Shown: in pieces, positions 14,299 through 25,850 of the stretch
How positions within the stretch are numbered: the stretch's first letter is position 1
Layout of the letters: each line of letters starts with the position of its first letter
Assembly (NCBI GenBank): GCA_951406725.2
Contig: OX597821.1
Span: 102,114,001 to 102,178,000, forward strand
DNA length: 64,000 bases
DNA from: Octopus vulgaris
Taxonomy: Eukaryota
Reading direction: 5' to 3'
Position numbers and translations under genes: made by a program
Notes under the pieces: generated by a model
Told to the model about the DNA's origin: nothing
The model's input: the letters and a program-made list of their open reading frames with translations, nothing else
Databases searched by the model: none

Positions 14299-14460
14299 GT
14301 AAATATATGAATCTGTCTTCTGTCTGTGTTACTATTTCTGCTTTTAATGTTTTTGGTAATATATAAAAAAATAATCCCTCCCCAATTATTTTTGTTACAT
14401 CTGAAATAGTATATTTAGCATATAACTTACCATATATAATAACTCTTCAGTTGCCTAAGT

Positions 14461-14797
14461 TTATCTTGTTTCAGTCATTTGAGAGCAACAATGCTAGGGT
14501 TCTACCTTGAAGGGTTTAGCCAAGTAAATTGACCCCAGTACTTATTTTTTTTTTTTTTAAAGTTCGGTACTATTGGTCTCCTTTGCCAGACTGCAAAGTC
14601 ATGGGAATGTAAACAAGCCAACACTGGTTGTCAGAAAGTGAATAAACATGCTGGGCTTTCATGCAATTTTTGTCTATGAAATTCACTCACAAGATATTGG
14701 TCAACTTGGTGGTTATAGTTGAAGACACTTGCCCAAGGCCTCACACAATGACATGGTTGCAAAGCAAGTGTCTTAACCACACAGCCATACTTGTGCC
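14461..14797 (-). mobile_element. family B tRNA-derived SINE
   Basis: Reverse head cttaaccacacagccat, body gacacttgcccaagg, tail ttgtttcagtcatttga. Confidence 0.8.
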
Positions 14798-15224
14798 TAT
14801 AATGGATAGATAGTTCACATGCTTAAATGACCCCGCCCCCAATTTACATTTGCTCAGTATATAATTTTTATTATCAAGAAAACCTGATGTTTCTGGTGTC
14901 TAGAATTATAGTACTGTGTTTTTATGGACATTTTAAATTTATTTAAGAGTATTTGCTTGACATGCTTAGGAATTAGTAAACTCCACATACTGTTGTGTAG
15001 TAGTGTGGTTTTGCATGTCAGTACATGCATGTGAAGTTGTCTGTGTACTGTTTGACTGTGTGCATCCTGGTTTTAAAACAGGTCAGTGTCCCTGTATGTC
15101 ATAGGAAATAACTAAAAGGTTTGGCTACAGGAAAGGCATCCAGCTGTAAAACACAGCCTCAGAAAATTTGTCCAATCTATTCCACATGGAAGGTGAATGT
15201 TAAACGATGATGATATGGATATAT

Positions 15225-15630
15225 CGTTGTTGTTTTAACTTCCACTTATTCATGCTTACTTGGGTCTGATGGAATTTGTTGAGACAGCTTTTCAACAGCT
15301 GGATGCCTTTCCTATTGTCACTTGGTTCCAAGTAAAGTAATATTTCTCCATCGCTGGACATGTTTTTCACAGAAGACTGGAAACAAACAACCTGGCTTGT
15401 ATGATTCTGCTTGTTTACAACCACCATGTTATATCAAAATAAGAGTACAGACATGAACGTAACAACCTCCCCGGTTTCTTCCAGTTTCAGTCTACCAAGT
15501 CCACACAGGCTTTGATTGGCTTGGGGTTTTAGCAGAAGATATTTGCCTAAGTGCTGTGCAGTGGAACTGAACTGGAGACTGCATGGTTGGGAGGCATGAT
15601 TCTCAACTACACAGCCACACCTGCACCTAT
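15225..15630 (-). mobile_element. composite SINE (B head + A-like tail)
   Basis: Tail ttttaacttccac...acagctggatgcctttcct; head gtggaactgaactgg...actacacagccacacctgcacc. Confidence 0.65.
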
Positions 15631-16293
15631 TGGTCTAATTAAATTGCTTCATCAAATAGCTAAACATACAAGCCATGACTCACTATAGCCCCCTTATGTT
15701 TCTTTATATCTCTTTCTCCACTGCTTCTACCCCTTGCACAACATTCTACTACATTCTGTTTCCGATGTCCCCCACCTTACCCTTTTACATACTGATATTT
15801 CTCATAATCTGCATCCCCACCCTGTTCATCACTTACATTATCCTCCACTTATGCTGTATGAAGCATCCACTTGCTCATCTTCCTCACATGATCCACCGTC
15901 TGTGTCTTCTCTTATGCTCACCTTCTTGTTTCTTCCTCTTCTCTATTGCAAGATACCTGTATCTTTCTATAGTACTCTAGCCTTTCAACACCTGGCATAC
16001 AGCCACCCACCTCCACCTACTTCTCCCAAATACTTTCTCTTAGTTGTAGGTGCCTTTTCTGTCTCCTTTTCTCTGTTCTTTTTTGTCATGCAAGTTACAT
16101 AGCAACCTCACTATGTCAGTGGCACTCTGTAAACTGGTTGGCAGAAAAGGCATCCAGCTATAGAAACTTAGAAACCTTACCAGAGATGACTTTGGAGCTC
16201 AACACAGACCTGCAACTCACCAGTTCCCTGTCAAACAGTCCTACTTGTGCCAGCATAGAAACCATTCATTAAATAATGATGATTATATTAATA

Positions 16294-17793
16294 CATCATC
16301 ATCATCATCATCATCGTTTAACATCCGTTTTCCGTGCTAGCACGGGTTGGACGGTTTGATCTGGCAGTGTTTCTACAGCTGGATGCCCTTCCTAACGCCA
16401 ACCACTCCGCGAGTGTAGTGGGTGCTTTTTATGTGCCACCGGCACAGAAGCCATTCGAGGCAGGGTTGGCATCAGTCACGTTCGGATGGTGCTTTTTATG
16501 TGCCACCGGCACAGAAGCCATTCGAGGTAGGGTTGGCATCGGTCACGTTCGGATGGTGCTTTTTATGTGCCACCGGCACAGAAGCCATTCGAGGTAGGGT
16601 TGGCATCGGTCACGTTCGGATGGTGCTTTTTATGTGCCACCGGCACAGAAGCCAGTGGAGGCTGCACTGGCAACGGCCACGTTCGGATGGTGCTTTTTAT
16701 GTGTCACCGGCACAGGTGTCACAACTACTGTTTCCATTGATATTTGGTTCGATGTTCATGTACATGCACTTGACTCAACAGGTCTCCTCAAGCACAGCGA
16801 GATGTTCCGGGATCCCACGATCGGTTGATGCTTTTTATGTGCACAGAAGCCAGTCGAGGCGGTGCTGGCGTCGGTCACGCTCGGATGGTGCTTTTTATGT
16901 GCCACCGGCACAGAAGCCAGTCGGGGCGGTGCTGGCATCGGCCACGTTCGGATGGTGCTTTTTATGTGCCACCGGCACAGAAGCCATTCGAGGCGGGGTT
17001 GGCATCGGTCACGATCGGATGGTGCTTTTTATGTGCCACCGGCACAGAAGCCAGTGCAGGCTGCACTGGCAACGGCCACGTCTGGATGGTGCTTTTTATG
17101 TGTCACCGGCACAGGTATCACAGCTACTGTTTCCATTGATATTTGGTTCGATGTTCATGTGCCACCGGCACAGAAGCCATTCGAGGCAGGGTTGGCATCG
17201 GCCACATTCGGATGGTTCTTTTTTATGTGCCACCAGCACAGAAGCCATTCGAGGCAGGGTTGGCATCAGTCACGTTCGGATGGTGCTTTTTATGTGCCAC
17301 CGGCACAGAAGCCATTCGAGGTAGGGTTGGCATCGGTCACGTTCGGATGGTGCGGTCACGTTCGGATGGTTTTTATGTGCCACCGGCACAGAAACCATTC
17401 GAGGTAGGGTTGGCATCGGTCACGTTCGGATGGTGCTTTTTATGTGCCACCGGCACAGAAGCCAGTGGAGGCTGCACTGGCAACGGCCACGTTCGGATGG
17501 TGCTTTTTATGTGTCACCGGCACAGGTGTCACAACTACTGTTTCCATTGATATTTGGTTCGATGTTCATGTGCCACCGGCACAGAAGCCATTCGAGGCAG
17601 GGTTGGCATCGGCCACATTCGGATGGTTCTTTTTTATGTGCCACCGGCACAGAAGCCAGTGGAGGCTGCACTGGCAACGGCCACGTTCGGATGGTGCTTT
17701 TTATGTGTCACCGGCACAGGTATCACAACTACTGTTTCCATTGATACTTGGTTCGACATTCATGTGCCACCGGCACAGAAGCCAGTGGAGGCA
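16294..17793 (-). mobile_element. young family A retroposon with an expanded internal tandem array
   Basis: (CAT)n tail + gtttaacatccgttttccgtgctagcacgggttggacgg, then acagctggatgcccttcctaacgccaaccactcc running directly into the 67-bp array. Confidence 0.85.
16421..17793. repeat. GC/CpG-rich minisatellite, 67-bp unit, about 20 units in several variant types with higher-order order
   Basis: Unit ggtgctttttatgtgccaccggcacagaagccattcgaggYagggttggcatcRgtcacgttcggat starts at 16421, 16488, 16555, 16622 and 16689 (period 67). Confidence 0.95.
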
Positions 17794-17949
17794 GTTTTAA
17801 TTATTTTGCTTCTAACACTTTAAAACCACATAAATCAACAATTTATAGAATCTTCTGCTTCAAAATCCTTTCTTGTGTGTGTGTGTTTGTATTCACTGAT
17901 GTACTGATATATTCAGTTTAACAAACTAGGCATATTTCTGAAAATAATC

Positions 17950-18245
17950 CTTGGCTGTGTGATTAAGAAGTTTGCTTCAAAACTGTGTAGTTCTGGGTTC
18001 AATCGCAGTGTATGACACCTTAGGCAAGAGTTATCTTCTGGTGGATAACATTCTGGGTAGAATTTGGTAGGCATAAACTACAAAGGCCTGTTTTGTGTGT
18101 GTCTGTGTTTATTATGTCTACCGGCTAAAAGTTGTTGTTGTTTTATGTCCCTTAACTTAGTGTTTAGACAATTAGAAATCAATGAAAAAGAATTCTCGTG
18201 TTAATACGACAAACTTCAATGATAGTACCCTAGCTTAGTAAAAGA
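17950..18245 (+). mobile_element. family B tRNA-derived SINE
   Basis: A-box-like tggctgtgtgattaag, B-box-like gggttcaatcgc, body gacaccttaggcaag, A-rich tail. Confidence 0.7.
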
Positions 18246-18494
18246 AAAAAAAAAAAGTATTAAATTTTCAAATACGGATACAAGTACGATTTTTAAAAGA
18301 AATCATCTGGTATGCAAAGAATTCTAATATATGTATTTGTGGGTGTATTTTCACAATTGGGCAGTAGATGATGTGAAATTACATCATATATTCAGTGTAG
18401 GTGTGTTTGTACACATGTTATTTCTCTTGTTTTTTCTCACCTGAAGTTGTCACATAGATAACGACTGCTTTCATCATTTTATTACAAATATCCT

Positions 18495-18700
18495 ATCATT
18501 ATCACCATTTAATGTCCTCTTTTCACATTGGTGTGAATTGGACAGTTTGATAGGAGTTGGCAAGCCAGAGGATTGTGCCATGCTCTATTATCTGGTTTGG
18601 CATGGTTTCTATGGCTGGATACCCTTCTTAACATCAGAGTGTATTTGGTTCTCTTTATATGGCACCAGCACTGGTGAGATCACCAAGTAGCTTGCAAGAC
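18495..18700 (-). mobile_element. decayed family A SINE
   Basis: atcaccatttaatgtcc...ggtttctatggctggatacccttctt. Confidence 0.55.
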
Positions 18701-18777
18701 AAAAGTCCCTTATCTCAAGGGGAGAAATAATATTGGGGGAGGCGGTTTTGTGCAAGTTGATCAGAGGTTAAAAACTA

Positions 18778-19022
18778 ATGGCTGTGTGGTTAAGACACTT
18801 GCTTTGCAACCATGTCACTCTGTGTGAGACCTTGGCCAAGTATCTTCAACTATAACCCTAAGTTGACTAATATCTTCTGAGTGAATTTCATAGACAAAAA
18901 TTGTATGAAAGCCTAGCATGTTTATTCACTCTCTGACAACCAGTGTTGGCTTGTTTACATTTCCATGACATAGCAGTCTGGCAAAGGAGACCAATAGAGT
19001 AAGTACCGGACTTTTAAAAAAA
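18778..19022 (+). mobile_element. family B SINE, near-identical inverted partner of 14550-14789
   Basis: atggctgtgtggttaagacacttgctttgcaaccatg...; reverse-complement match of about 90% by eye. Confidence 0.8.
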
Positions 19023-19749
19023 TGCTGTAGAGAAGAAAAATGGTTACCCCATCTGGGAGAGAGAAGATGGTGGTGAAAGTATGTCAGGCTGTACCCTCAT
19101 GGTTGGGCTATAACCCTTTCCATAACTTTCATGACCGGGTCCAGTAATTTGACACCTATTAAATTACTTCTACCAAGGGCATTTTGTTTACTCTTGTAAC
19201 AGTTGACTATAATGCTGCTACTCTAGTCATTGGGTATGATATCTTCCTGTTCAACCTGATTAACTACACAGGTGACAAGGCACTATCCCATCCACCATAT
19301 ATTTTAAGCATCTTGCTTGTACTTCCTGACAGATTGGGAGCTTTCTCTGTCTTCATATTCTTAATCGTTTTATCTGTTATATTGCTGTTAAAGGATAGCT
19401 GGTCCCTCTCTCTTTCTCCTATGCATTCTCCTCTGTTAGCTTTTTGTAGTAGTCTATTTTCTTTCAAAATCATGAAGTGCAAGTGTTCCATCATCCATCC
19501 ATATATACATCTTTCCACATTACAATTTTTCTCTAATACACTATCATGCTATCCAGAAAACCTCATGCTTCTGATCTTTACACATCCTTTTTGTTTCTCA
19601 CCTTGCAAGATAAATCTGCTGTCTATTTTCTCTTCTAGCTTCTATCTTCTCTGCTATCCCCATTCTTCCAATCTTTCCATGCCTGTCACTTTTATGGTTT
19701 TGTCAATTTCACAAAACCATTATTCCATCACTTATGCACGAAAATATTA

Positions 19750-21842
19750 ATTTTTAAACACACACAGTACAGTATGTATATACATAAAACATTTGAAGAG
19801 AAATGCATTTGGGAATATCTCAGAATATGTTGTACAGTACATACTTGCCACAAATAACATTGACTGCTATTTGATAAACAGTAGTTCAAAGGGGAATTCT
19901 GGCAGGAAGAGAAGCACTATCTATTTCAGTCTTGTTCATCAGTATATGCAGAAATGAAGAACTTGTCCAAAGTTATTTCATAATTACAGAACATCATCAT
20001 CTTGTACAGTTCAGAATAGGAAATAGTTTCATTATCAATACCTCTTGGGATTTTTATTTACATTCACAATTAGGATCATTAACAGCAGTGATCTATGGAA
20101 CTTCTGCTGTAAATGCCAATGATTTAGCCATATTCTTTGCAATCAACTGAAGTGGAATAAGTGGTGCTTCTATATCCTCTTCTTGCCATGCACCTTTCTC
20201 TTTTTCTAATATGATTAGCTCCTCGTTAGACCAATGTTTTTTGTAAGTTATCAGCATCATCATCATCGTTTAACGTCCGCTTTCCGCGCTAGCACGGGTT
20301 AAACAGTTCGACCGGGGTCTGGGAAGCCAGGGGCTGCACCAGGCTCCAGTCTGATCTGGCAGAGTTTCTACAGCTGGATGCCCTTCCTAACGCCAACCAC
20401 TCCGTGAGTGTAGTGGGTGCTTTTTACGTGCCACCTGCACAGGTGCCAGGGGGGTCCAGCATCGGCCACGATCGGTTGGAGCTTTTAATGTGCCACTGGC
20501 ATGGGAGCCAGCCAAGGCGGCGCTGGCAACTTTTAACCACACCGTGTTCTATGAATCGTAGTATCTTGCTAAACTTTCAGATAGTCTGATCGTATGTTTA
20601 CCAAAAACCATTTCATCTTATGGCTTGATTATTGTTGTTCACTACATCCACAATGTTGGGATTTTTACCAAAAGTCTCTAATTGTAAGTTTCTCTTCTCC
20701 GTCGTAGTTTTTATGAGTTCTTTCAAAGTTCTTTATGTTTGAAATTAGCTACCACACCTTGATCCATTGGCTGACACAAAGAAGATATATCTTGAAGATG
20801 TATTTTAATCTTACATTATCAGAAATATTTACGCTTGCTAGTTCACTTAGTAAGTCATGCAAGCCTAATTTGAATACTAAATTGCAAGTAGATTAAATTT
20901 AGCATACCCTTGAAAGTTCTTGGAATTGGAGAATGATACATAACTAGGGGCTTTGATTTCATATCACTAGCAACATTTCATCCCACAAGAGGTATCAGAT
21001 ATTTGGAAGCTTTAAAGTGTTAGGTTGATATTTTTCTTCTCTAGAAATAAAAGTTGTAATCAGCATGTATTTCCAGAAAAGTCCACTTTTGTCAACATTG
21101 TACATGTGTTCTGGTTTTTAACCTTCTTAGAGTAATAATTTCCTTCGGCTCCTCAGAATTAGTAGCAGCTTCTGTCTTAGCACTGGAAGTTTCACAGGTC
21201 ATTTCAATGTTTTGCTAATTAAGACTCTTCTTAAACCTTTCTAACAACTGAAGGTATTATGCTAGAAAATGCACTTCCACTTTTAACACCTTGTTATACA
21301 AACTTATAGCTTTCACTTAAATGACCAACAATCCCTTAGACTCTTTTGCACCACTGTCCTTCACTTCCATTTGTTAGTCTTTTTTCATTTTGAATGACTA
21401 ATGTATTCATACTTACTCATTAGTAGCTAAATTCAATAGTTGTGGTGACAAACACGAAATCCTCTCCAAATTGTAAAACAGTAGAATCCAAGAAAAGTAG
21501 TGATGTTTTGCATTGGCAAAAAGTAGTTGTCTCATTGCTTAGGATGTAAGGGGAATGTAATGGAGTGAGCTGATAGATGCTGGTAAAATATTGAGATCAA
21601 AACAAAACGAGGTCATTTTAATTGATACCCACAAAAATAAGGTAGAGGTGGAAGGGGGAAGACATGCTGATGAGATTTGAGGAAAAAAAATATTAAAATA
21701 ATTTCAGTTTTGAAAATAAAAATTTTCTCAAGTTTACATAAAGGCAGAATTACATGAGTTCCCAAATTTGGGGTCATACTTTACAATATCTGTAAGCATG
21801 GAATTCCACAACCAGAGTTTTCTGTTATATGAAGGATACCTG
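19750..21842 (-). mobile_element. decayed Tigger/pogo DNA transposon
   Basis: Minus-strand remnants LERFKK, YNVDKSGLFWK, TFISREEK, KPLVMYHSPIPRTFKG and QPMDQG. TIR-like tacaggtatcctt end at 21842; other end uncertain. Confidence 0.7.
20255..20530 (-). mobile_element. young family A SINE inserted in the Tigger remnant
   Basis: catcatcatcatcgtttaacgtccgctttccgcgctagcacggg...; CpG-rich; carries 2 divergent copies of the 67-bp unit. Confidence 0.85.
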
Positions 21843-22940
21843 TAATTAAAATTTCTCAGTTTACTACATCAAGTATAACATCTACTTTCTCTTTTATTCA
21901 CTGTATTTATTTTGTTGAAAGTGCTGGTTTGATTTTTGTCCTCTAATATAGTGCCATTTTGATAGTGTTCTGGGTTGAGTATTTTGAGGTAATGTTATTG
22001 CTCTGCTAAAGGCACTCAAGAGCCAGATGGTGGTAATGCACAAGGCAATGGCTCAAATGTGCCACCCAAATAAAAGGAACGGTCTCTTCAAAAGGTTTCT
22101 ACAGTTTCTGTCTATGAGATATCATCCAGAAAATTTTGGTCAACCTGACTATTATAGAAAACACTTACCCAATGTGTTGCACAGTGGGATCCAACCTTGA
22201 ACCATCTATCTGTGAAATAAGCTTGTTAATTACCAAGCCATGCATACAGTATTCTTGCTTTTTAGAACAGCATATTGTTCTATTCCATACAACTGTTTGC
22301 AGCTATTTAAATGAGTCAGGATTAGGTATTTTGGCAATAGATGGACTGCCATGGTGGAAAAGAACACTTTTACAACTTGTTCTCCTGTTTCTCTCAAAAT
22401 TACTATTAATAAATTGCTTTTGATTTTTGACCACATGTTTGGACTGCTTTATATAATTAATTAAAAAAAAAGCAACTTGATTCTCTTCTGCTCTATTTGT
22501 ATTCTTTCAACTACTTGCCCTCGAAAATTAAACCAAGGATTGGCATGTAATTTGTATAGAGCACCTATTTATAGAAAGGAATCATTGTTAGATTTATAAA
22601 TATCACAATCAAAATGGATTAGAAGTCTTTGCTTTTATTAGTTAATATAACTTTGATGGCAAATAGAAAGATAGTCTCATGTTTAAGTTTGATTTGTTTC
22701 AGCTAGCTCTCATTTATACTCAATTCTTGTTATGGTTGGTTTTGACCCCTCTCCTCACACATTACTCTCTCGCTCTCAGTTTATCTCAACTCAGAAGATT
22801 CTAAAATTAGATAAGCTAAATTCTTGGTCAGTAGTTAAACTACAGCAACTTAAGTAAATTTATTACATAAGTCACCTTCAATATCAGGAACATAAATAGA
22901 AAAAAGGTCACTTCACTAAAATAAATCAATACTAAATTAA

Positions 22941-22977
<37 letters not shown>

Positions 22978-22978
<1 letters not shown>

Positions 22979-22990
22979 GGATTTTAATCA

Positions 22991-23040
<50 letters not shown>

Positions 23041-23053
23041 TGATTAAAATCCA
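22978..23053. repeat. perfect 76-bp palindrome centred on (AT)23
   Basis: tggattttaatcagc-(at)23-gctgattaaaatcca. Confidence 0.95.
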
Positions 23054-23299
23054 GTCAGAACTGGCTTTCTGTATATTTTGTTCTAGTTAAAAAGTAAGTG
23101 TGTGTGTGTATATATATATGTATATTCTTTTAAGAACTTGAAATATATTTTGGCTTGGTATGTGTTTTGTGTGTTTGTGTATGCCTAATCTACTTGAAAG
23201 TAAATCATCATACTTCATTTTATTGCTATTATATGTCAACCAATGAATCTCTTCAGCTACTGTGTTCTGCATTTCGTGGGTTATTGTTAATACTTTGGC

Positions 23300-25060
23300 C
23301 TTCTGACCGACATTGTGTTGACCTTGACTAGCTTGGAATTCTACAGTTTTTAGTGATATATATATCTAGGAAATTTCAAGATGTTTAAATTCTTCTCAGT
23401 TTTGTTCATATTTTTAGAAATCATTTTTGTGTCTTTTCCCTGCTGGCACAGCATCTTGTTACTTGTGAATCTTTATCATTTCCTTCATAGGTCCAGCCTC
23501 TTAACATTCATCTTCGCCACTTGTTTCCCTGTCTTTCCTGGTGTCTTCCTTTTTACAAGTTCCTGTATTTGGAATGTTTGGCACTCCTTTTTTTCAACTG
23601 CCCTTCATGTATAATGCTCATACCAGCATACTTTTTTTTTCTGCACACTGATTCCAAATTTTCTCTCTACTCATTTGTGCCTTGTCATTTATACACACTA
23701 GCATTACACATCCAGCAGAAAAATGTTCATTTATTTCCTGCCTTTACACACATCTTCTGCATTTCATGCCCTTGACCTTGTTTCACTACCATGCAACTTT
23801 ACACTTCATACTCAAGCATCACACAGTCTATTCTTCTCTATGTTACTTTCAAAATTAATAGCTTCCTGAACTTTTTCCAACCCATTCTTACTCTTATTAT
23901 GCTTTGGAAATACCATCTCCACTGCTAATTAAGTCACCTAGATAACAGAATCTATTAACTACTAGGACAGCTTACTATCAGCTCAAGGGAGTCTTTTATG
24001 CATTCAGAGAATTTAACATGTGCTCTGACTGCTAACTACTCTTGTGCATCTGCATATATGAATTTCTCTGTCAGTTTCTTATGATCCCACTACATCTCTT
24101 CTGCACACATTATTTACATTAAGTACAATGTATGGAATTCTGTTTGCATTCTTCTAATTCAGCAACCTCTTGTAATATTTCTTTGCCTCTTTCTTCTTGG
24201 CATCAGTAAGTGCAAGTGCACTGCTATCATTACTTACATACTGTTCTTCAATATCATGATTTGCTGTGACAGTGCTTTGCAATCTGGAACTCTATATACT
24301 TCTGACCCTCTTATTGCAGAGCATTGCTAAATCCCTTTCAGATTTTCTCCTAGCTACATATATCTGATATTTAACTTCTTTTAGCAACATGATAGTGTCT
24401 CCACCTTCCCTCAACTCTACCTGTTTTTCCAAGCTTTTCTTTTTTGCTTTTATGGCTCTAGTTACTGTACTATTCTGCTACCATGTTACCTTCTGTCTTG
24501 GGGGCACCTTGCTCTATTCTCAGATCTTGTCTGTGGCTTGAAGCTGGTTGTTTCATAGACACTTCTAGCTGGCCGTATTTCCTCCTCCTCCTCCTCCTCC
24601 TCCTCATAGTGTCAACTAGACTTCTTGGCACCTTCTTCTGGCCAAAATATTCTTCTGTTTCAGTGCTTTCTTTCTCCAGATTGTTCAGCTCTTAACCCTT
24701 TTGTTACCAACCCGGCTGAAACCAGCTCTGGCTCTGAGTACAAATATCTTGTTTCATAAGTTTTGAATTAAAGTCTTCCATCAAACCTTAGTCACAATTT
24801 ATGTTCCTAACACTAGCTGCATGATAACTAAGTTATTTTACTAAATTCTTTGTTATATTTAAAGTAATTGAAAGAAACACAGAGCATCCCAAAATAAATA
24901 CAGTAACGAAAGGGTTAATCTTTAGGTCACTAATTAGTAGTCTATGTTGAGTGGTACATTTTTTGCTGTTGCCTATTTTGTTTCCTGTTTCGTGCCCACC
25001 TGATTGGTAAGTAATCTGCTGGCTTGCTGGAATTAGTGTTAGAAATCAAGTGGTATTAGT
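23300..25060 (-). mobile_element. decayed, internally deleted RTE-clade LINE, interrupted by a MITE
   Basis: Minus-strand remnants LISNTN and TQHRLLISD (endonuclease end), and VVNRFCYLGD and RLCDA...LHGS (RT thumb). Confidence 0.6.
24696..24914. mobile_element. piggyBac-type MITE (219 bp)
   Basis: TTAA duplication (24692-95, 24915-18); termini cccttttgttac...gtaacgaaaggg (12-bp TIR, 1 mismatch). Confidence 0.85.
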
Positions 25061-25679
25061 TTCTATTATCCAACACAGCTATTTCTTCTCTATAGCTAAA
25101 GTGTTACATTTTCAATAATTATTATCTCATATTGAGCTCCTATAACTTATGGACAAATAAGAATAGACTGTATCTTTACTAAAAGTAATTTATTCACAAA
25201 TGTAATTTGTGAATGACCTCACAGTATGTGATCTCCTTGTTACTATTGAATAATCATTATTTTACTTTCTTTTCCTCTGGTGCTAATTGTTTTTTTTTCT
25301 CTCTTTTTGATAGTTCATTCTTGTTTTAATTACTAAATCAACTATGTTTGATACTATCTCAAATCACCTGTGGTCATGTTTTACTTATTCATCTTTAAAT
25401 CAAACTCATGATATAAATCCTGTGTCCAACATTGTTAAAGTATGAATTTTGTATCCTTGGAATGTTTATGCTATTTCTTCCAATTTTTTTTTTGTAATAA
25501 TAAAAATATATATATATAAAATCACAAATGCTTCAGATTTAGTGATAACTTGGCTTAAATGTAGCAAATAAATCAAATAATACAAACAAAAGACATCATC
25601 ATCATCATTGAGACATAGTAAATAGAAATGATTGTTAAAAGATTATAAAAGAATGATATTAAATATTGGGACACGGTCA

Positions 25680-25850
25680 GCAGTTTGGGGATGGGGATAG
25701 TTGATTACATGCTCAACTGGTACTTATTTTATCAAACCCTGAAAGGCAAAGTCAACCTTGGTAGAATTTGAGCTCTGAACATAGTGTTGGGAGAAATGCC
25801 CTTAAGCATTTATTACCTAACTTGCTAACAATTTTATCGGCTTGCTGCTT
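25680..25850 (-). mobile_element. decayed family C SINE
   Basis: aactggtacttattttatc...gaaaggcaaagtcaaccttggtagaatttgagctctgaac is the reverse complement of the 33505 copy. Confidence 0.7.

Noticed and set aside
16421-17793. CRISPR array
   Set aside because: The variable segments recur (A/B/C types), the array is continuous with a eukaryotic retroposon tail, and there are no cas genes.
16334-17823. Long ORFs (up to 300 aa) over the array
   Set aside because: By-product of a stop-poor 67-bp repeat cycling through frames; no splice or domain support.
17950-18030. tRNA genes (A/B-box-like motifs here and at 33505, 40052, 62400)
   Set aside because: No complete cloverleaf; they run into SINE bodies, so they are SINE heads.
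19184-19750. 188-aa hydrophobic ORF
   Set aside because: T/C-rich compositional ORF with a non-ATG start and no recognisable motif or splice signals; likely antisense to old repeat debris.
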